Positions 52,916-64,000 of a DNA stretch of 64,000 nt are shown here, one piece after another (position 1 is the first letter of the stretch; each line of letters starts with the position of its first letter). The notes under the pieces were generated by a model, which had not been told where the DNA came from, made no database searches, and was given only the letters and a program-made list of their open reading frames with translations. Source of the DNA: Phoronis australis (Eukaryota; Animalia; Phoronida); NCBI GenBank assembly GCA_002633005.1, contig NMRA01000151.1, positions 414,400 through 478,399 on the forward strand, given 5' to 3'. The position numbers and the translations under genes were made by a program.

Positions 52916-55658
52916 TAAAATAACTTTATTGACCGTTTCTGTGCTAAACATTTGTTACAACAACACCCGGCAACACTGCACACAATTGGTTGTCAAGCGA
53001 TAGAGGCATTCATTTCCCATAATGCAACTGCGGCGGCAAATTAAACTATGGCGGATTTGCACATTCGCTATTAGGCCATCCAATCAATTAAAATAGGCCA
53101 AATGTCATTCAGTGTTTAGTTAAATTTAAGCTAGACACTTCAAGTTCACAAATCTGATTGATACAATTACCTGAATTATAATTCCAAAACTTTAGGCCTT
53201 TAGGTGCAACCATGGGTCACTAGGTGCATTCCTTTTCTGAAATTTTGACCTATTTATTCAATAGTTATTCTAATGTATCAACATTCATACAGCTGTGATT
53301 CTCACCATTAAACACACTTTTCACGATAATTTTACTAAAAAGGTTCATAATGCACGGGAAATGTTCAATGAATGAAAAGCTCCTCTTATTTTCAAAATGT
53401 TAATTCTTCTACATTTTTCAAGGATTTCTATTCAAAATTCAGCACGCAGGTCATTTAGTGCAGACTTAAATTTTAAACTAGGCACTAAAAATTAACACAG
53501 GTGATTGATGCATGCACTTGAGGTAAAATGCCACCAAGGGGTCATTAAGTGCATTTTGTCCTGAAGTTTGATCTTTTCATTCAACATGTATTCTTATGTG
53601 TCAATAACTGTGATTCTCGCCATTAACCACGCATTTCACGGACTTTGTAGTAATTCCACTAAAAAGGCTTTTAAGGCACTGGAAGGAATCAACTAGTGAA
53701 AAGATCATCTAAATTTCAAAATGTTCTTTCTTCCACTTTTCAAGGACTTCTTTACAATTTCAGCATACAGGTGCAAGAGTACATGCCAGTCAAATACACT
53801 ACTTAAGGCAATCCAATTAAATAAAATAGGTCAAAGGTCACTGAGTGTAAACTTAAATTTTGAGCTAAACACTTCAGATTTACGTATCTGCAATTGACGC
53901 AGGCAATTGAGTTCCGATTCCAGAATTGAATGTCGTTTGGTGCAATCATGAGGTCAAAACGTGCATTGTCCTCTGGAAAATTGACCTTTTCATTCAACAT
54001 CACTGTGATTCTCACCATTAAATACACTTTTCACCGGCTTTACCGTATTTCTACTTAAGTGGCCCATACTGCACCAGAAAGGGTCAAATACTACAAAGGA
54101 TATCTAATTTCGTTCAACATGTCTTGTTTTATACAATTTTTTTTCTACTGTAACAACAGTTAAACATGTGTGATTCAGTATGTTCCATATTTTATTTCCT
54201 TGTAAATTCTGTAATGGTACACAAGCCACCAGACATGTTGTAAACTTTCCAAAAGTCTTAACAGCGCAGAGTCATTCTTTTCACTTTCTGACACTAAGTG
54301 CTCTATTTTTTCTTCTTATTATTATTCGTTTCGAACTTCTCCAGAGCTTAATAATTGTCACACGGTACAACTTTCAACATCCAATATTGTTATAAAATTT
54401 CATACCTTTCACACAGTAGACACCAGAAGTTGTCAATAGGTGCAAAGATCACCTAATTTTCAAAATGTTTTTCTCCTACACTTTTCAAGAAATTCTCTTC
54501 AATTTCAGTGTACAGGTGTAGAACCACACTTCAATAAAACGCATTACTTTTCTAAGCAATCTTCACATTCAATCAGGTGAAAGAGGTCGAAGATCATTGA
54601 GTGCAAACTTAAATTTTGAGCTAGACACTTCAAATTCGCAAATTTCGCTGGTACATGTGATTGAGCTCTAATTCTAAAGTTTCATGTCGTTTGGTACAAC
54701 ATGTGATCGCCAAGTGCACTTATCTTCTTAAATTTTTACTTTTTCATTCAACTTATATTCTGATGTGTCATCAGTTAGGCAATTGTAGTTCTCAGCATTA
54801 AACACACTTTTGAGGACTTTGCAGTAACTATAATGAAAAGGTTGATGGTTCACCAAAAAGAGTCAATTAGAGCTGAGGTCATTTAATTTTCAAAACGTTA
54901 TTTCTCCTACATTTCAAGGAATTGCCTTCAACTTTAACACACATGTAAGTGTACACGTTAATTGAACCCGCTCCTTTACTAAGCAATCAGGCTATCCAAC
55001 CAGATCAAATAGGTGAAAGGTCATTGAGTGCATACTTAAACTTTGAACTAGACAACTCAAATTCATATATCTGATTAGCATGTGTAATTAAGTTCAAGAT
55101 GATCAAGTCATTTGATGCAATCATTGGGTCATTAAATGCATTGCTCTGACTTCTGAAATTTTGACATTTTCATTTGATGTATCTGAGTTAGACAACTGTG
55201 ATTGTCACCATTTCTCACACACTTCACTGACTGCATTACTTTTCTAATTGATCGGGTGACCCAATGAGACTAAATGGGTCAAAGGTCATTGAGTGAAGCT
55301 CATTAACGTACTTCTTTTCTACTTTTACGTACCGCAACCTAGTTTTTTACCATCTCTTCTTTTCACCGAATCCTGTTTCCCATGGAACTATAATGCGATT
55401 TTTCCAAGCATAATTTCCTAGGACACTTTATTCAACGTATATTCTAACGTGTCAACAGTTGAATACTGTGATTCTCAGCAATATCAACGCGTGTATGGAC
55501 TTCATATTTATTTCACTACTGGGGCTCATGATGCACCAGACAAGGTCAAATGATGCAGATGATGTATAATTTTATTTAGAATGTCGTGATTGTCAGTTTC
55601 TGACAATAATCTTTCTCGTTTGCATTCGTATTTATCAGGCGTGCAAATCTGTTTCTAG

Positions 55659-55982
55659 TTGATCTAACACAGAAACTAAAGGTTATTCCAAAAGGCGGGC
55701 AAATAGTTAACCGCAAATACGTTGTTCGCGACGGGTTTCACTATGGTATAGTCTGTTTGACGAATTCAGTGTATCCGGAAGCTATTGTCGAATGGATGGT
55801 GACTGTCGGCAACCAAACTGACAACCAACGAACAAAGGGCAATTACTCTGGTTATATATACAGTCGTAATTTGACATTCATTGCCTCAAAAGAACAGAAT
55901 GGAGAAGATTTCTTATGCAGCGCGCTGATGAAACTGATTCCTGAATTGAAAAAGACTGTGACCCTTACACTGAATGTGACAT
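55659..55982 (+). CDS. Ig-like domain exon J (324 nt; lacks the GP motif)
   Basis: Acceptor gtttctag and donor GTAAGT. xDLTQKLKV...IVCLTNSVYPEAIVEW...FIASKEQNGEDFLCSALM...LTLNVT. Confidence 0.82.
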
Positions 55983-56325
55983 GTAAGTTTTGGACGACTA
56001 TTGACTAATGTGCCTTTCTATAATTTGGCAGTAATCTTTCTCGCATACATATTTCATTGAAGACACGACTTAGATCTGCTTTTACGAGTTTAATTTCAGT
56101 TCTTTAAACTCTCTAAATAGAGGTTTTGTCTTTACATCCCAACAGTGCAATAAAAATACAAATGACATCAGTAGGTAATATAATTTATAAAGCGATATTT
56201 CGAGACACATATCTCATCTTGAGGCTACTATTTACAAGTAGTTCACACTGAAATGCACATCAGAAATGACAAATGCAACATAACACGTGAAGTTGGCATG
56301 CGCAACTATGACGATAAAACACACG

Positions 56326-57372
56326 TATATATAGACTATTACATGGCAAAGTCGTTATCTCCCGTTATCTAGAGCCCGAGTGGATTTTGGAGAGATCGCC
56401 CGAGGGGCGTCAGCCCTCGAGGGTGATGATTCTCCATAATCCGGTTTCCCGCCAAAATGTTATCTTACTAGTGAGATAACTTTATTAGTTATTACACGGT
56501 TGTATCTGCCATTTGACGCTAATATTGTGGTATAAATAAATTTATATCTGCCATTTGACGCTAATATTGTGGTATAAATATTAGCGTCAAATGGCAGATA
56601 CAAACGTGTAATAACCCAACGATTTGGCGGGAAGCCGAGGACCGAGTCGAACCCGTGACCCTGAAAGTGCTGGTCGCCGACTACACCATGCAGCGACTAA
56701 CGTCATCAAGAGTGAAAATAGAATACTTAAATGAGCACGCGCAATAATCCCATGTTCAACAAACCGCATTGTACAGTATTTATTCGCTACGAAGAATAAG
56801 ACACATAATTTCCATAGAAATGATATCTTGATTCAGTGAAATTTTTCTCTCATGTCCTCTTACTTGTAAATCACCGATCTCCAGTTTGAATGCGGGTATC
56901 GTGTCGTCAGGATCTTTGACTTGAGAATTATATTCAGTTACCAGTGGTAACCTACTTTAGCAGACGATACTTTCCCGGTCGAAGCTTAGCGTGAAAAAAC
57001 GTGTTTTAAGCTATAATAGTTGGTAAACCTTAATTTATAAATTCAATTTATTTTTATTGTATTTAAGTTTTCAATTGGTTTTGAGTAGAAGCATTATTTG
57101 ACAAAAATAGCCCGGGTTTTCTTAAAAAGGTCACGACCTCTGACCCCGGGCCTCTGACATAGAAAGTAGTTACAAAGCCGTGGAGAGTCAGAAAAGGTAG
57201 ATCGATTCATTGCAATGTTTCTCAGCCGTTATCCCTTGTTATCTAGAGCCCTCGTGGACTTTGGAGAATTATCACCCTCGGGGCGAACGCCCCTCGGGCG
57301 ATAATTCTCCAAAATCCACTCGGCCTCTAGATAACGGGGGATAACGTCTTCGCCATGTAATAATCTATATAT
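56326..57372. mobile_element. Tail-to-tail pair of the palindrome-rich family, forming a foldback
   Basis: Outer inverted arms of about 110 bp begin tatatataga(c/t)tattacatggc. Large hairpin at 57228-57345. Central 24-8-24 perfect inverted repeat at 56545-56600. Confidence 0.75.
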
Positions 57373-57775
57373 ACACATGTAGCTGTGCATCGTAATGTAC
57401 AGATCACCTAAATAATGATAGAGTCCTTCGAGTGCCAGTTAGCTGCTCATTCAAACTTGGTTTTTCATACGGTATGTTTTCTATGACTTTGCTTCATAAA
57501 CAGAGCCACTAATCAAAGTCGACTCATTGTCTTAAAAAGGCATATCGTTAGCTATGCCATTTTAAACATGTTTAAGTGTACACCAAACAAAGCTTGTTTG
57601 GCTGACAAGATGACGATTTTGCAATGTGCCCATTAAAAAGTCTGACGAGTGAATAGTAATAATCGGCTTATGTAGGCGTCTTCGATCGGCAAACATGAAC
57701 TGCACCAGTTTTGCCTGGGATTTAGTTCAAACATACAAAGATTGCAGATGGCCTGATGTTTTTTACGGTGCGTCA

Positions 57776-58007
57776 GATGTGCACCCAAGGGGGGGGGGGC
57801 TCGGGTAAAAAGGTCCGCCTAGAGAAACAAAAAGTACAAGTAAACGAGACAAAAGTCCACAAAATCCACGGGAAGTAGGCGAGGATGCACGGTCCGTGGG
57901 CCTGAACCTAGTGGTCCCTCTTTTTGGTCCTCGTTGATTTCTTTTAGTAAGAGGTCCCCATATCGAAAAATCCGAGCCTCCTATATTTTAGGCTGGGTGC
58001 GCGCATG
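57776..58007. mobile_element. Second copy of the catgcgcgcaccc MITE
   Basis: Shares ggggggctcggg, aaaaaggtccgcct.gagaaacaaaaagt and aggctgggtgcgcgcatg with 45035-45277. Confidence 0.75.
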
Positions 58008-58579
58008 CACAGGCCTCACGTTAGGGCCCATTGTACAAAACGCATAAGCTAAAACTCATGAAAGTCGTGTCGTCGATGAGCAGGTTCTCCTTTAAGAAAA
58101 CGGAGAGACTTTTCCATTTGTTGCCATGCACTATATATTTTCGGCATCTAATGGCGCCACCAAAGAGTTTGGTTCTTAGTATTTGAAAAGCTGGGAAACA
58201 CCACATTCAGGACAACCGCGGCTCCCCACGTGCCCATTAATGTATTTTTGTCTTGCTGAGTTACCATGAATTATTAAAATAAATTTGATAGAAGTGTCTT
58301 TTACCCAATCTGTAAGACTCGGAGGGCTTTTTGAACCTTTTAAGTTGATCGCTTTGGAAAAGTTCTCCTTGGTTTCTCAGCAGTAGCCATGTACAGTTCA
58401 AACACAAATTTTCTTTCAAATATTGATGTCCTAACGGCAGGAGATTTCAAGGCAGGTTATATTCCCTCAACCTCACTTCAAACGCCAAAAGACTCAACAA
58501 ACCCCACTAATGTTCCTAATAGTTCAAGCAACACAGCCTAAAGCTCAACAGAACTTGCTAGGAACACAGACACCTTTAA

Positions 58580-60234
58580 AGGAGAATGCCACCCAAAAAA
58601 CTTTGTATCAATTTAGGTCGAGTATTTCTACACGATAACGGCAGGTTTGGTTGCGTTACCTGACACCTGACGGCAGACAGGGTTGTTGAAATTATCCAAT
58701 GACGTAATTAGTTTCACACGCCGTCTGTTGAGCAGTTCACAGCACGGGTTAGTAGTGTCAGCTTATCGCTTGAATTCATCATTTAACACCAATAAATCAT
58801 CAAACTTCGATAGAGAACCCTTAAAAATACTCCGATCTCTTATAAAAACGTATTGTTTTATTTCGCTGTTACAGATTTACTGGTATTTGGACACACCGCA
58901 GCCTACAAAGTTCGGCAGGCCAATTTACCAAGGTCCGTAGCAGGATTTTGGGGTCTGTTCAGAGATAAATTCGAAGTATTATTCCGTGAAATACAGACAG
59001 GAGAACCTATATCTGTAATTTTTTTTAGTTCGGAACCCGATCAGGCCCGTCGCTGCCGGACTGACTCGTTATACCGGCCAGTGGCTCGGATCCCGATCAG
59101 ACCCGTCGCGGCCGCCGGGACTGGTATGAACATAAACCAGCTTGAGTTGGAAACTAAACCTCTAGTCACGAAAAGACTATAATAGTGAGCCAAAGAAATA
59201 ATCCGCACGTAATTATTTATGTGAATTAGCCACGAAACTGAAAATCTACTTACTTGTCGGGGACCGCGAAGTCGGGTTCCTCTTCCACAGCCGGACCGTC
59301 AGGGCAAAGGTTGTACAGTAACAATGATTTGAATAGTGTATTTGTATTTCTAAATAAAGATTCCCCAAACATAGCATATAAAATCGAGTAATTGTTTCAC
59401 AAAAGCTTTCTGTCAGCAAACACTGAATTAGCATGCGTTCACGCGGCCTCGGTGCCCGGTCAATTACCTTTGTTTCCGGCATCAAAAGCCAGTAACGCAG
59501 TGGTTTATTAATTGCTGGCTTCTCAAAACATTTGCACTCACGAGCACTCCAAGGCATTACAAATTGAGTATCTAATGAGACACACTTTCTTTCAGTTTCA
59601 TAAGCATTGGTTAGGATCATTTTAGGATGCCGAATATAATTCATTTTGAAACAGAACGCAGAACAATAAACGTCTACGTGGCAACTCGCCCGGCGCCAAT
59701 CCCGACTTACAGTGTAGTCAAGAGCTTCACGGGTCGGATCTTTAGGTTTCACAGGCTTTCAGTTTGAACCGCAATACACTGAACAAGAATTGCAAGAGGC
59801 GCCGTGAACATGCACAGGCAACGGAACGTATGGATAGTTCTTTAGTAAACCGGAATTCGTCAGAGAAATCACTGTGGACGAAATACCGGTCCGGCACAGA
59901 CACGGAGATGTTTCACCGCCTCATACATGCTATTAACAGCTTACCTTTCATTCTTCACTATGATGAGCCACTTCCTAAACATTTCGGGCTCTCGAAGAAG
60001 TCGAAAAACGATATACCCGCTTTCTTCGCAGCTTCATAATTACGACAAGCTGGAACGATGCACCGCAATGTAGCGGTATTCACGAACCACTGACGTCGCT
60101 GCGTCGTTTCTCACCTTCCTCACAGGTTAACGCGACACCTCTCCGCAAGGTGAGGTCGATCGTATAAGAGGCGATGTGGATGCAGACAGATTAAGACGGT
60201 AAAAAAGACTAATTAAATCGGGTGGCATTCTCCT
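58580..60234 (-). mobile_element. Complete non-autonomous Kolobok-type DNA transposon with THAP remnant (copy 3)
   Basis: Perfect 15-bp TIRs AGGAGAATGCCACCC / GGGTGGCATTCTCCT with TTAA on both sides. Minus strand RCIVPACRNYEAAKKAGISFF..EPEMFRKWLIIVKNER. Confidence 0.85.
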
Positions 60235-60935
60235 TTAATACAACTGTTATCCAATATCGCGCCCAACAGGCACTTCCACAACAACTCAAAGCATGCCAAA
60301 TCTGGGCGTAATTTAAATCACATTTTATGTGCGGCTGCAGCACGTTCATTAGTTAGATATGTTGATGTTGAAACCAATAAATACCATAAATACCTCCATA
60401 TTTTCTTAATTGAATCGGAAATAATCACAGCAAAGCGTAATGACCGGAACGATAAATTGGCGACAACTAATGTGTATGCTCATAAGCCCGTAGACAACAT
60501 CACCACAACGCTTACATCAACTAAAAAGCAACATTATAGGCTGCTTGCGAACTATAAAAATTATTTTAATTAGACCTTTCAATTTTCTTCAATTTGTTCA
60601 AATCATTGTGCTTGTGTATGGATAAATTGTAGTTGATTATTGTAGTGGATTAGAGAGTAAACAATAACATCATAGTGTGAGCTGCTCCACCAGTTTGCTC
60701 TGCTCTACCATTGCTGTTTTTAGTTCTTGTTGTCGTTTTGGTGATGTTGTCAGCGGCCTTATGAGTGTCAGAATAAATATTGATTAAGTAATTAGCACAG
60801 ATAGGTCCATTTTAAGTTTCCCAATTAATGTGCATATGTAGTTTTAAATTATGAGGTCAAACTTGTTGACATGTATTTTAACGTCAAAATCTATTTTAGA
60901 TGATGTTTACTACTTTGGTTCTGGGGTCAAAGCAC

Positions 60936-61558
60936 TGTAGTAGTTCCAGAAGTTTCTGAGAGCAAATTGTAACAGCCAATGATATGATTAGATAGGATCA
61001 TGTGGTTTTTATTAGCCAATCGTTAAATACGTAGATTATCATAATTTGAGCTGAAATTAAAAGGAGAGTCAGATGAGCTATAGTTGTTGAAGCTAAAAGA
61101 CTTGCTACAGTGTACAGAGGAAATTGTACAACAGAGCCATCTCGTGCAAGATTCTAAAAAAGGACCTTGATAAGTGCAAGGGTTAACGAACAGGAAGTTA
61201 ACTAATAGCTTGTCTCTTGCCTATACGTGTTGCCTCACGAGGGACTGTGACCAGTGAGAGGAATCTTGGGTAGAAGATACTGCCTGCAAGTGTTGTGTCA
61301 CCAAGGACTGTGACCAGCAACTACACTGTGGTAACACAGTGTGTGTAGTTCGAAGATTCACCAACAGGACTGTCATCCAACAAGTGAATAGTCCTACAGC
61401 TTGGATAGAAGATAAGATATTTGACTATTTTGGTTGATTGATTGAAGTAATCTTTAAACAGTGTGCTAACGCATATTCTCTTCTTTGTGGTTGGTTACTA
61501 AATTAACAACAGGTTTCACGTGTATAATTAGTAGTTATATAATAAATTAATTACTGCA
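60936..61558 (+). repeat. Possible solo LTR
   Basis: TGTAGTA...TACTGCA ends, internal ggactgtgaccag repeats and AATAAA near the 3' end. No TSD seen. Confidence 0.3.
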
Positions 61559-62043
61559 TTTAATCATCCTCTCTCCATCTACGCATAATCACAACGCATA
61601 GCTACATTTTAAACAAACCCAAGCCAATTTCTGACAATGAGCATGTGCATTAGTTGTTGTCGATTAAATTAGGAAAATCTGGAGGTATTTATGGTCTTTG
61701 TTGGTTTCGATGTCAACAAATAAAACTTGTGAACATACTGCAGTCCCAAATAAAATGTGAGTTAAATTACTCCCAAATTTGACATGGTTTGAGTTATTTC
61801 GGAAGTGCGCGGTGGGCGGCCATATTGGATGGCAGTTGTATATCTTTCTCTTTATTATAGTATATCGTCGAGGGCTGAATAAACGTGTCTTTGTTATGAA
61901 CACACTACCAGTAATTTCCCCTTCAAGAACTCCTTTACTTTGGTGTGTGAATTTCTTTGACGCAAAGATGTTGGGCTCATGCGTTGCAAAGAAATTGTAT
62001 TGTACGCATAGAAGTGAAAGCGTGCCTCTGATTTCTGTTCCAG

Positions 62044-62403
62044 ACGGACCACAAACAATATCTTTTTCCCATGACGGTGCCCCATCTACGTATGTACGTC
62101 ACAAGCTCATGGTTCAAGATGGCAGACAGTATACTGTCTCTTGCACCACAGGGCCACTTAATGCTTGGGCAACTGTTGATTGGACAATTCCAGAACACCT
62201 ACAGCACAAGCAGAGCGACATATTCTCGACCATGCACTTAAATAACAGCGTTTCTCTTAGCCGGTCGTCGACTTTCACAGCTAGACTAATCGAGAATAGA
62301 GCAATTGGTCACCTGGAACATGAATTTCATTTAGTGTGCAAGGCAACCAATATTCATCATAGCGGATATAGAATAGCAAAAGCACTTGTTATAGATGTTG
62401 CTT
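62044..62403 (+). CDS. Ig-like domain exon K (360 nt)
   Basis: Acceptor tttctgttccag and donor GTAAGT. xGPQTISF...VSCTTGPLNAWATVDW...FHLVCKATN...LVIDVA. Confidence 0.9.
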
Positions 62404-63109
62404 GTAAGTACATTTAATGTTCGTGTAGATTGAAGAGGGTTGTTGAACAGTTGACCAGTTCACGATGCATTCAGATTGTGACACGGGACGTAAAGTATAA
62501 AACAGTGGTTTAGACTGCTATATCACATCTGAAGCCTGATCGATAACAGACTATGAGCATTGAACTGATTGACCATAGGCGCATGTGGTTTTAGTAATTA
62601 TTCGGACATTTCCTTCAGGAGCTGTGGCGGCCCGCATATGGCATCGTAGATCAGTGGTGCCGGACGCCTTCTTGTTCACTATCTTAAGTTGGATAGTGGC
62701 AAGGACTGGATGTGGTGCTTTGCAGAAGCGGAAATCTCTCATGGTTACAAAAAATGATGAAATGTTATAGTTTGCGCGAAATCTTACATTGCGTAAGTGA
62801 TAACTCGCTTACTTTTTGACATTGGAGTCAGGGGGCAGAGTCTGCATTTGCCGGGTTATTTTTTGTCTTCGCTATTTTATGTAGCCTACGATTGGGTAAC
62901 TACAGTAGGGTGACCATTTGCATGCTTTGGGGTTTTTTACATCGGCAAAGAATGTTGGTAGGTACATCATGCCTTAGCATAATTTATTCATATTAAGGCT
63001 ATCGTTATTCAAAATTCAACATTTGCTTTCAACTGCGTTACCAGGCACCACACGTGAACTATCATGATATTCCCACCCATTTTTTTGACACTTCCTACTT
63101 GTAAACATT

Positions 63110-64000
63110 GTGGTATCTGCTAACCAGCGTCGTCAGCTAGGAGTCCATCTTCATCGTGGGTTTCGTATAACTCTGATGGTAGGTCTCTGAAGGCTGATAA
63201 GACCTCCTGCCGACTCTGGGGTTGCCATCTATTTTCACGTTATAAACACAGCCACACGGTTGATTCCTCCCCTGCTCTTATTATAGAATTGAACATATCA
63301 GCTCGCCCTCTTGATGAAATATCCAGTAGCTTCGTCATCCGCCACATGCTGCCTGCAATAAACCCTCGACATCCAACTTGTATGGGAAGACAGAAGCATT
63401 TCCAGCCATTCGCTGTACATTCTTGTGATAGCTCTACGACCTAGAGTAATTTCCTTTTGTGAGCTTCCTGCACCCTAGTCTCATACGGCACATTTAACTC
63501 GATCAAAGTCACTGTATTGTTGCTTTCTGGCCACAACACTATGTCTGGTCTAAACTGGGTGATTGCAATATCGCTCAGTAATGAACCTCAAGTGAACACA
63601 TCCACCACAATCTTCTAGTCGGCAGCCATGCCTAGAGCACCAGAATCGCACTTAGTGGCTATTTTGCCTTTGTAGAGTTGAATGAACGCTTTGTCAGTGT
63701 TCGTCACCTCCCTTCTCTCTAGATCTAAAACATTAGCAATACACTTAAGAACCTTGTCATGGCGCCAGGTGTACGTTACTGAAGTGAGATCTTCTCTGCA
63801 ACTGGATACAACGTGTTCTAAGTTACACCGCTCCCCTCAGCCCCTGCAGCTGTGATCCTCAGTTTTGCCCAACATTCGAAGACTGACAAAGAGTTGGGAG
63901 AGTGTCATATATGGAGCCAATTGGAAAAAATTCTTAACATTACTAGCAATCTTTATGCTGTACACTCCTTCCCATGATGTCTATGCACCATGTTTCCTCA
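63110..64000 (-). mobile_element. 3' end of a decayed non-LTR retrotransposon with restriction-like endonuclease (HERO/NeSL/R2-like)
   Basis: Minus strand ..LEHVVSSC....NVTWRHDKVLKCIANVL, then QFRPDIVLWPESNNTVTLIEL..EAHKRK..GWKCFCLPIQVGCRGFIA, with stops. Confidence 0.8.

Larger units (their letters stand above)
47001..53069. mobile_element. TIR element with AT target duplication (ISL2EU/Harbinger-like), containing nested insertions
   Basis: AT|AGCGAATGTGC...GCACATTCGCT|AT. Removing it restores ctttactaagcaattaggccatccaa, which matches the repeat unit near 54975. Confidence 0.78.
46575..55560. repeat. Helentron/HINE-like elements carrying a degenerate tandem unit of about 320-430 bp (interrupted at 47001-53069)
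   Basis: ttttcaaaatgtt..ctacatttttcaagg recurs near 46897, 53390, 53713, 54457 and 54887. The start is T-rich with the hairpin ctctgcgcctaccagcgcaga. A ctagtttt end lies near 55340. Confidence 0.65.
9885..62403 (+). other. Partial multi-exon gene for a large poly-Ig cell-surface or secreted protein (11 one-domain exons visible)
   Basis: Eleven co-oriented, stop-free, AG/GT-bounded exons, all multiples of 3 and phase 1-1, share one Ig motif. Joined in order they give an open frame with junction codons F/Y/N. Confidence 0.88.

Noticed and set aside
53072-55560. Regularly recurring motifs that could suggest a CRISPR-like array
   Set aside because: Long degenerate units without unique spacers, in eukaryotic intron context with no cas genes.
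63121-63180. GAAAC...CTGACGA on the minus strand in the retrotransposon 3' UTR, resembling a hammerhead ribozyme core
   Set aside because: Stem III and the NUH site cannot be paired. More likely an ordinary 3' UTR motif.

Overview
AT-rich animal (probably marine invertebrate) genomic DNA, not prokaryotic. The host content is one partial + strand gene made of 11 internal exons (312-360 nt; 3630 nt, about 1210 aa, if all are joined). Each exon encodes exactly one divergent Ig-like domain of the C2-set_2/CD80-like, nephrin/CADM-like type. All exons are phase 1-1, and the usual pattern is AG|nnGP...C.TD...P...C.A.N...V.|GT. No signal-peptide, transmembrane or terminal exon was found, so the gene appears to run past both window ends. 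The introns are filled with decayed transposons: a Kolobok-type THAP-bearing family (3 copies), an Academ-type transposase pseudogene, a hAT remnant, 5-bp-TSD MITEs, a palindrome-rich unclassified family, Helentron/HINE-like repeat elements, a four-level nested stack at 46.6-55.3 kb, and the 3' end of an RLE-type (HERO-like) non-LTR retrotransposon. Family names come from motif recognition by eye, not from database searches.
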